Shown piece after piece: positions 57,424-64,000 of a stretch of 64,000 nt of DNA. The stretch lies in NCBI GenBank assembly GCA_900767915.1, contig CAAGAX010000060.1, positions 87,819-151,818 of the forward strand. The letters are read 5' to 3'. Below the pieces are notes generated by a model. That model did no database searches, was not told the DNA's origin, and was given only the letters and a program-made list of their open reading frames with translations. The stretch is from Acholeplasmatales bacterium. GTDB taxonomy: Bacteria; Bacillota_I; Bacilli_A; Acholeplasmatales; Anaeroplasmataceae. How positions within the stretch are numbered: the first letter of the stretch is position 1; the number at the start of each line of letters is the position of its first letter. Made by a program: the position numbers and the translations under genes.

Positions 57424-57987
57424 GTGACTAAGTTTAGTAAACGTATAGTTTTATTTTTAGCGTTAATTTCAACTACATTTGCTTTAGCAAGCTGTAGTAA
57501 TTATAATTTTTATCAGGATTGGAAATCTGCAGGTGCTACTATTGAATCTGATAATGTATTTAAATCTTTAACATTAGATGAGGTTAAGGAAAAAAGAGAA
57601 ACAAAAAAGCCATTTGCTTTAATTATTGCTTCATCAACTGATTCAACAGCTCGTAGTGCTATTACAAAAATTCAAGAACAAGCAGATGCATTAAGCTATA
57701 AGGGTGAGATTTATTTTATTAGCTCAAAGGATACATATAATTCTACATTATCAGCTCAAAAAGAATTTAAGGATATTGTTGGTAACAAAGAATTTTATGC
57801 TTCAATAAGTGATAAGCCTTTATTTGTTGTAATGATTTATGGTAGTAATGGTAATATTATTGCAGATACATCATCAAATAATTATTCAGCAATTGAAGAT
57901 TATTTAAATAATGAAAGTGAATCAAATAAAATTAATTATGAATTTTTAGCCCATTATTTATTTTCATTTGATAAATTATATAAATAA
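57424..57987 (+). CDS. lipoprotein, function unknown
   Basis: GTG start behind GGAGG. Signal peptide with lipobox 'FALASC'. 187 aa. Confidence 0.7.
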   Translation: MTKFSKRIVLFLALISTTFALASCSNYNFYQDWKSAGATIESDNVFKSLTLDEVKEKRETKKPFALIIASSTDSTARSAITKIQEQADALSYKGEIYFISSKDTYNSTLSAQKEFKDIVGNKEFYASISDKPLFVVMIYGSNGNIIADTSSNNYSAIEDYLNNESESNKINYEFLAHYLFSFDKLYK

Positions 57988-57994
57988 TAAATTT

Positions 57995-58022
57995 AGCTTC
58001 TCTATAAAGGGAAGCTTTTTTT
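57995..58022 (+). terminator. rho-independent terminator after the lipoprotein gene
   Basis: Stem AGCTTC(C) / (G)GAAGCT around TCTATAAAG, followed by T7. Confidence 0.65.
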
Positions 58023-58193
58023 ATATATGAAAAAAGACTCAGCATTAGCTAAGCCTTTGACATTGGAAGCCTATAAATGGCATAAAGTATAAGAAAAAGT
58101 ACTAAAATAATCATTAAAGATTCCAATGTATCACCAGTATTAGTATATGCATTAAATTAAAAATGTATCCATATATTAATATGGTGATTTTAA

Positions 58194-59102
58194 ATGAAAT
58201 TAATTTCTTATAGTACTATTTTAAACAATTTAATTGAAATTAAAAAAAATAATGGTACCTCTTTTGTAGTTAAAAATAATGCTTATGGCTTTGATATTGA
58301 AAAAATAGCTAATCTTGCAATAAAAGCGGGAATAGAAGAGCTTGCCGTTATAGATTATATTGAAGCTATAAAAATTAGAAAAATTGATAAAGATGTAAGA
58401 ATACTATTGTTGGCTGGTTCTAAATGTGATTTAGAATTATTAAAAAAATATAATATTATTGCTAGTGCGGAAAATGAAGAGGAATATCTATATTATAAAA
58501 AAAATAATATAAGAATGGCTTTAAAGGTTGATGTTGGAATGCATCGCTTTGGAATTAGAAATTTAGAAAATAAATATTTATTAGATGATATGGTTGAAGA
58601 AATTTATTTTCATTTACCATTAGCTTTAAATAGTTATAATTCTATTATTTCTTATTATAGTAATCTATGTAATCAATATAACAAAAGATATCACTTTGGA
58701 GGAAGTGCATTATATAAAAAATATAACGTTCCAATAAGATTTGGAATAATTGCTTATAATAATTCAATTCAATTATATGGAAAAATAATTGCTTTAAAAT
58801 ATCTTAAGAAAAATGCAACGTTAGGATATAATGAATATTATAAAGCAAATGATGATATCTATTATGCAATTATAGATATAGGTTACTATAATGGTTTAAA
58901 TAGAAATAATAAATATAAAGTATTTTATCATAATGAATATTATGAATCTATTGGATTATTATGTATGAATCATTTATTTATTAGAGCTAATTCTAATTTT
59001 AAAATAGGAGAATATGTAGAATTTATAGGAGAAAATATTAAAATTGAGGATTTAGCTAATGAAGATTTATCAGTATATGAGTTAATACTACGTTTAAAAT
59101 GA
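58194..59102 (+). CDS. alanine racemase-like PLP enzyme (compact, 302 aa)
   Basis: 'VVKNNAYGFD' matches the PLP-lysine motif (V.KANAYGHG). 'LGYNEYY' and 'IGLLCMNHLFI' match the C-terminal domain motifs. It is about 60-80 aa shorter than typical Alr. Confidence 0.6.
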   Translation: MKLISYSTILNNLIEIKKNNGTSFVVKNNAYGFDIEKIANLAIKAGIEELAVIDYIEAIKIRKIDKDVRILLLAGSKCDLELLKKYNIIASAENEEEYLYYKKNNIRMALKVDVGMHRFGIRNLENKYLLDDMVEEIYFHLPLALNSYNSIISYYSNLCNQYNKRYHFGGSALYKKYNVPIRFGIIAYNNSIQLYGKIIALKYLKKNATLGYNEYYKANDDIYYAIIDIGYYNGLNRNNKYKVFYHNEYYESIGLLCMNHLFIRANSNFKIGEYVEFIGENIKIEDLANEDLSVYELILRLK

Positions 59103-59171
59103 AAATAATAAATCTTGTTTAACTAGCTAAAACATATTATAATATTAAGCATAAATGTAGGAGGATTATTT

Positions 59172-60587
59172 ATGTTTCATAGTACTAGAGGTAATAAGAT
59201 TATTTCATCACCAGAAGCTATATTAAATGGATTAGCTTCAGATGGAGGATTATATGTTTTAGATAGGATTAATAAAATTGATTATAAGGATTTAATTAAT
59301 GATAGCTATCCTGTAATGGCATCAAAAATATTAAAGGTTTTTTTTCCTGAATTTGAATTGGATGAATTAGAAGAAGAAATTATTAATGCTTATAAATCAT
59401 TTGATATTCCTAATGTTGTTGATTTATATAAATGTGATGATGCTTATTTTTTAGAGCTATTTCATGGTCCTACCTTGGCATTTAAGGATTTAGCCTTAGT
59501 TGTTTTGCCTAGATTAATGAAGTTATCTAAAAAGAAGCTTGGTTATGAAAAAAATATAACAATTTTAACTGCGACTTCTGGAGATACAGGGGGTGCCGCA
59601 TTAAATGGATTTAAGGATATACCAGGTATTTCTATTATTGTTTTATATCCTAACGGTGGTGTATCAAAGGTTCAAGAGGCCCAAATGTGCTCATTTAGAA
59701 GCGATAATGCTAAAATGTACGCGGTTAATGGCAACTTTGATGATTGTCAAAGCTTAGTTAAGAAGTTTTTTAATGAGCATAAGGATTTAAATATTTCTAG
59801 TGCTAATTCTATTAATATTGCTAGATTAGCCCCTCAGGTTGTTTATTATTTTTATTCATATATTACCCTTATAAAAAATAATGAGATTAAAAAAGATGAA
59901 TTAGTTAACTTTGTCGTGCCTACAGGTAACTTTGGTAATATTTTTGCAGGCTTTTACGCAAAAAAAATGGGACTACCTATTAATGATTTAATTTGTGCTT
60001 CAAATAAAAATAATGTTTTAACTGATTATTTTAATACTAGTGTTTATAATAAAAACAGAGAATTCTATAAAACAAATTCTCCATCAATGGATATAATTAT
60101 TTCATCTAATTTTGAAAGATTTTTATATTATGCATTAGATGAGGATACAAAGCTTTTATCTAAAAAGATGAATGAATTAAAAGAAAATGGTAAATATAGC
60201 TTTATTAATCCTTTTAATTATTTTTATGGATATTCAACTGATGAAAATAATACTTTAAAATTAATAAAGAATGTTTTTGATAAATATAATTACGCAATTG
60301 ATCCTCATACCTCTGTTGCGTATGGTGCATATTTACAGTATAAAAAAGAAGTAAATAATAATTATAAATCTATTATATTATCTACAGCTTCTCCATTTAA
60401 ATTTCCTGAAACTGTATTACAAGCTTTAGGCTATGACAGTAATAATCCATTAGAAAAATTAAGTAAGGTAATTAATAAAAAAATTCCTAATGTATTAAAT
60501 TATCCAGAAATTAAAAGAGAAATTGTTGATTTAGCTTTAATTGAAGATAAGGTTGTAGAGGTGATAAAATGTTTACAATCAAAGTAG
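59172..60587 (+). CDS. thrC: threonine synthase
   Basis: 471 aa. 'FHSTRG' N-terminus, 'GPTLAFKDLAL' PLP-lysine motif and 'TATSGDTGGA'. Confidence 0.9.
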   Translation: MFHSTRGNKIISSPEAILNGLASDGGLYVLDRINKIDYKDLINDSYPVMASKILKVFFPEFELDELEEEIINAYKSFDIPNVVDLYKCDDAYFLELFHGPTLAFKDLALVVLPRLMKLSKKKLGYEKNITILTATSGDTGGAALNGFKDIPGISIIVLYPNGGVSKVQEAQMCSFRSDNAKMYAVNGNFDDCQSLVKKFFNEHKDLNISSANSINIARLAPQVVYYFYSYITLIKNNEIKKDELVNFVVPTGNFGNIFAGFYAKKMGLPINDLICASNKNNVLTDYFNTSVYNKNREFYKTNSPSMDIIISSNFERFLYYALDEDTKLLSKKMNELKENGKYSFINPFNYFYGYSTDENNTLKLIKNVFDKYNYAIDPHTSVAYGAYLQYKKEVNNNYKSIILSTASPFKFPETVLQALGYDSNNPLEKLSKVINKKIPNVLNYPEIKREIVDLALIEDKVVEVIKCLQSK

Positions 60588-61423
60588 CAGCTACAAGTGC
60601 TAATGTTTGTATAGGGTTTGATGTTTGTGGTATAGCATTAAGCATATATGATGAATTCAGCTTTGAAAAAAGTGATAAAATTATATTAGAGGGCTTTGAA
60701 AAGGAGTACTCAGATCCTATTAATAATCTTTTATTTAAAGCATATAGTGAAGTATTTAAATATTTATGTAAGGATATTATTAATGTTAAGGTTACTATGA
60801 AAGGTGATATTCCTTCATCAAGAGGCTTAGGCTCTTCTTCAGCTTTAATTGTTGGTGGAATTTTTGGCGCTAATAAAATATTAGGTAATCCTTTAACAAA
60901 GGATGAATGCTTTAATATAGCTACAAGATTAGAGGGACATTCTGATAATGTAGCTCCAGCTATATATGGTAATTTTGTAACAAGCTATAAAAAAAATAAT
61001 ACTTATTATCATAATTGCTATAAGGTTTCTAATAAATTAAAATTTATGGTTATTATTCCTGATAAAAGAATATCCACTTATGAAGCAAGAGCTGTTCTAC
61101 CTAAAAATATAAGTGTTAGTGATTGTGTATATAATCTATCTAGAATCATTAATTTACCTAAAGCCCTTAGTGAAGGTGATATGGATTTATTATTAGATAT
61201 TTTAGATGATAAGATTCATGAACCATATCGTATGAAGCTTATTCCTAATTTTGAGGAAATAAAGAAAATATGTAATATGAATAATTCGAGCTTAATAATT
61301 TCTGGAAGTGGTTCTACAATGCTTGTTATTTCTAAATCATATGATATTTATTCAAAGCTTAAGGATTTTGGATATTTAGTAAAAGAAGTAGTAGTTAGTG
61401 ATGGAGTAATGATTTATGAGTGA
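60569..61423 (+). CDS. thrB: homoserine kinase
   Basis: 284 aa. GHMP motif 'IPSSRGLGSSSALIVGG' and 'HSDNVAPAIYG'. Confidence 0.9.
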   Translation: MFTIKVAATSANVCIGFDVCGIALSIYDEFSFEKSDKIILEGFEKEYSDPINNLLFKAYSEVFKYLCKDIINVKVTMKGDIPSSRGLGSSSALIVGGIFGANKILGNPLTKDECFNIATRLEGHSDNVAPAIYGNFVTSYKKNNTYYHNCYKVSNKLKFMVIIPDKRISTYEARAVLPKNISVSDCVYNLSRIINLPKALSEGDMDLLLDILDDKIHEPYRMKLIPNFEEIKKICNMNNSSLIISGSGSTMLVISKSYDIYSKLKDFGYLVKEVVVSDGVMIYE

Positions 61424-61835
61424 TACTTTTTATATTATAAATAAAAAGGTATTACCTAATTATTTTGAAAAGGTTATAGAAATTAAAAAAATGGTTAATG
61501 CAGGCTCTAAGGTTATTGATGCTTGTAAAATGTTGGATTTATCAAGAGCTACTTATTATAAATATAAGGATTATGTTAATGAATATAGTGAAAGACCTAT
61601 AAGCCTTGTTAATATTTCTTTGAAAATGAATAAAAATAATATTGATTCTTTTATTAACTTGTTAAATAAAGATATCTTTAGTATTATTAGTATTAATAGA
61701 ATTAATTTGAATGAAAATGTAACTAGATTAAGTATTATATTGTATACATATAATTTAAGTGAAATATCTAATATTATAAATAGTTTTGACTTATTAGATT
61801 ATGAAATAAATATAATTGAAGATAATATTCATTGA
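61416..61835 (+). CDS. UPF0735/PheB-like ACT-domain protein
   Basis: N-terminal 'FYIINKKVLPNYFEKVIEIKKMV...ACKMLDLSRATYYKYKDYV' parallels B. subtilis PheB ('FYLVREDVLPDAM...VDLSRSAFYKYRDAV'). An ACT-like segment of ~70 aa follows. Confidence 0.6.
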   Translation: MSDTFYIINKKVLPNYFEKVIEIKKMVNAGSKVIDACKMLDLSRATYYKYKDYVNEYSERPISLVNISLKMNKNNIDSFINLLNKDIFSIISINRINLNENVTRLSIILYTYNLSEISNIINSFDLLDYEINIIEDNIH

Positions 61836-61906
61836 TTCTTAAGAAGTGGATATGTTTACAAAATCATTCTAATTTGGTATAATCTATCTTGCGAGGAGGC
61901 AATTAT

Positions 61907-62143
61907 ATGTCAGTTTTTGAAAAAGTAAAGGAGACAATCGTTAATAATATTAAGGTTGATCCAGATAAAATAACTCTTGATACAGATCTTAAGAAGGATT
62001 TGCATGCAGATAGTATCGATGCTGTACAAGTAATTATGGATTTAGAGGACGAGTATGGTATTGAAATTGATGTTGATAAAATTCAGGATGATTCAACAGT
62101 TAGAGGAATAGTTAATTATATTGAAAAATTAATAAAAAAATAA
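61907..62143 (+). CDS. acpP: acyl carrier protein
   Basis: RBS GAGGAGG precedes ATG 61907; the ORF track starts it at 61889. 'DLHADSIDAVQVIMDLEDEYGIEI' carries the phosphopantetheine Ser motif (DSxD). 78 aa. Confidence 0.85.
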   Translation: MSVFEKVKETIVNNIKVDPDKITLDTDLKKDLHADSIDAVQVIMDLEDEYGIEIDVDKIQDDSTVRGIVNYIEKLIKK

Positions 62144-62146
62144 AAG

Positions 62147-62167
62147 AAGGGCTAAATGCCCTTTTTA
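62147..62167 (+). terminator. rho-independent terminator or attenuator after acpP
   Basis: AAGGGC-TAAAT-GCCCTT followed by a short T-run. It ends only ~8 nt before the RBS of the next gene. Confidence 0.65.
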
Positions 62168-62188
62168 AATTTCTAAGGAGGTGATTAG

Positions 62189-64000
62189 ATGAATATTTAT
62201 GAATGGTATACTAAATGGCAAAATGATAAATGCTTTATGATTGAGAATGATTGCTTAAAGGAAAAAATAAGCATCATTTCATCTATACCTAGAGCTGATA
62301 TTTATGGCTTTCAGGATTTAAGAATAAGAGAGCTTTTAGCTTCTGATATTAAGGCAAGATATGAAAGAATGAGAAATAAAAATGTATTATTTCCTGTAGG
62401 ATTTGATTCCTTATGTAATAAATCATTTTTAGAAAATAAGAAACAACAAAATAAGATTTCTGATGAATTGTCTGATAATTTATTTAGACAAATGTTATAT
62501 TTAGGAATTGGTGTTAATAAAAGTAAAACTATAGATATGAGACATGATGAATATCTATCTAATTTACAATTATTTTTTATTGAATTATTTAATAAAGGTT
62601 ATATTGAATATGATAATTTAAAGCTATATTATGATGAAGAGAATAATAAGATTTATGATTTAATAAATACCCCATCTACTAATTTACCTATGATAAATAA
62701 AAAAGTATTTTATTTGAATATAGAATCTATCACCCCTGAGCTTATTTCTGATATAAATAGATTAGATTTAAATGATGATGTTAAAAATAATTTAATTAAT
62801 TATTTAATTCCTATAAAAAAGCTTTCTATGAATTTACATTTAAGTAACAATAAAGAAATAAACATTAAAATGGATGAACCTCAATATATAGCTGGTATTA
62901 GCTTTATATTAATTAATCCTGAATATTTAGAAAATGACTATGATATTAATAATCTTGTTGATATAAATGAATATAATTCCTTAGCTAATTTTTTTGAAGG
63001 TAAAATCAATTCCTTTTTTAGTGGAATTTATGCAAAAAATCCCTTAACTATGAAGAATATTCCTATATTTATTTCTAATATTATTACATCAAGTATTCAT
63101 TTAGGTATCCCTGATATAGATTGTGAAGATGAGGCTATTTGTAAGGAAATTGGTATTAGCTATATTAAAATAATAGAAAATGGTTTATTAATTAATTCTG
63201 ATTTATTAAATGGTTTATCATTAAATAGAGCTAAAGAAAAGATATTTAATGTATTTTCTAATGAAGGTATTGGTGATATTATTTATGATTATGGTTTAAA
63301 GAAAATATTATTATCATCCTTAGATCCCTTTGGTGCGTTATTTCCTTTTTTAAATGATGAGGGAGATAAGCTATATTCATTAGAAAGCTTTTTACCATAT
63401 AATTTTTCTACTCAATTTAGGCCCATTCTAAAGGAAGGAGTAGATATTCCTGGCAAAACTATTGATGGAACTATTAATAATTTATTTTCAATTGGATGTT
63501 ATCCTATTATTTCTATTTTATATGATGAGATTGCTTTAAATGAAAGTATATTTTCTTCAAATACTAAGGATGAATTAAATAAATGGGCACCATTCTCTTT
63601 AAATGTAATTAAAAAGGAAAATATATTAACTGAACTATTTATGCCTTTAGTTTTATATAATTATTTAAAAAGAGAATTTAATTATGATATTCCGCCTTTA
63701 TTTAAAAAAATAATTTTAGTTGGTAAAACATTAGATATTAAAGAGCATGAAATTAGTAAGAAGAATAATAATTTTGTTGATTTTGATTATCTTTTACAAG
63801 AATTTTCTTCTGATTCAATAAGGTTATATTTTGAAAGTAAGCCTTTAGGTGATGATTTCATCTTTAATAAAGATGAATTATCTGATATAGATTTATTAAT
63901 AAAATCATTGAAAACCTCATTATTAAATAAATCTATAGAAATAAATCCTAGCTTAGATTTTGAGCTTGATATTTTATCAAATAAAATAGAACAAGCTTTA
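62189..64000 (+). CDS. LeuRS-like paralog lacking HIGH, KMSKS and editing-site signatures (partial; continues beyond the window)
   Basis: RBS AAGGAGGTG (62175-62183) and ATG 62189. By hand translation it is open for all 604 codons to the window edge, and it is absent from the ORF track because no stop is reached. It is colinear with leuS at 3882-6311: 'NVLFPVGFDS' vs 'NVLHPMGYDS', and 'SSDSIRLYFES' vs 'GADTLRLYEMF'. Confidence 0.75.
   Translation, partial: MNIYEWYTKWQNDKCFMIENDCLKEKISIISSIPRADIYGFQDLRIRELLASDIKARYERMRNKNVLFPVGFDSLCNKSFLENKKQQNKISDELSDNLFRQMLYLGIGVNKSKTIDMRHDEYLSNLQLFFIELFNKGYIEYDNLKLYYDEENNKIYDLINTPSTNLPMINKKVFYLNIESITPELISDINRLDLNDDVKNNLINYLIPIKKLSMNLHLSNNKEINIKMDEPQYIAGISFILINPEYLENDYDINNLVDINEYNSLANFFEGKINSFFSGIYAKNPLTMKNIPIFISNIITSSIHLGIPDIDCEDEAICKEIGISYIKIIENGLLINSDLLNGLSLNRAKEKIFNVFSNEGIGDIIYDYGLKKILLSSLDPFGALFPFLNDEGDKLYSLESFLPYNFSTQFRPILKEGVDIPGKTIDGTINNLFSIGCYPIISILYDEIALNESIFSSNTKDELNKWAPFSLNVIKKENILTELFMPLVLYNYLKREFNYDIPPLFKKIILVGKTLDIKEHEISKKNNNFVDFDYLLQEFSSDSIRLYFESKPLGDDFIFNKDELSDIDLLIKSLKTSLLNKSIEINPSLDFELDILSNKIEQAL

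Noticed and set aside
58049-58114. 21-aa hydrophobic minus-strand peptide (MIILVLFLILYAIYRLPMSKA) between the lipoprotein gene and the alr-like gene, considered as a type I toxin candidate.
   Set aside because: The RBS is weak (GGAA), the peptide is very short, there is no clear promoter or antisense RNA partner, and the plus strand also has a 21-codon ORF here. It cannot be supported from sequence alone.
1-64000. CRISPR arrays, rRNA genes, IS elements or transposases, integrases, reverse transcriptases, group I/II introns and inteins.
   Set aside because: I could not see any regularly spaced direct repeats, terminal inverted repeats flanking a transposase-like ORF, or relevant protein motifs anywhere in the window.

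Overview
Very AT-rich window from a low-GC, spore-forming Firmicute. Supporting gene content: Ger receptor operon, YjcZ/YlbD/YlbE-type sporulation genes, suf operon. TGA is used as a stop codon, so the genetic code is standard. Almost all genes lie on the + strand.

Gene order along the window:
- uxaB'(partial)-uxaA-uxaC, the hexuronate genes
- leuS
- a membrane/HAD-like fusion gene
- sufCDSUB
- a complete four-gene Wadjet (jetABCD) anti-plasmid operon
- a TrmH-family methyltransferase and def
- a cluster of small sporulation genes, two of which are absent from the ORF track
- rpsP and a KH-domain gene
- DegV, a GT-C-like membrane protein and a TauE-family permease
- tRNA-Leu followed by a decayed island of visibly higher GC (HTH gene, truncated UvrD-like helicase, AAA/DUF4143 remnant)
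- an aldo/keto reductase, an ABC-F ATPase, a second DegV, ktrBA and a lipid kinase
- gerB/A/C-like genes
- an MGDG-synthase-like glycosyltransferase (- strand)
- a GGDEF cyclase
- a small degraded HTH/HipA-like toxin-antitoxin islet abutting tRNA-Trp
- a ~1583-aa CvpA-anchored repeat protein, then tRNA-His
- a MocR-type regulator (- strand)
- a WYL-HAD-LamG/beta-propeller operon
- a short alanine racemase-like gene, thrC-thrB and an ACT-domain gene
- acpP, followed by a second full-length LeuRS-like ORF that runs off the window.

No CRISPR array, rRNA, transposase or integrase was seen.

The best-supported defence locus is Wadjet, which is already described. The candidates for something undescribed are:
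1. The LeuRS-derived paralog that has lost the HIGH, KMSKS and editing motifs and sits directly behind a stand-alone ACP gene.
2. The translationally coupled WYL regulator-HAD-LamG/FG-GAP operon.
3. The giant CvpA-anchored repeat protein bracketed by tRNA genes.
4. The HipB-with-extension / short HipA-like module with twin palindromic operators.

All family assignments come from reading motifs by eye. No database search was possible.
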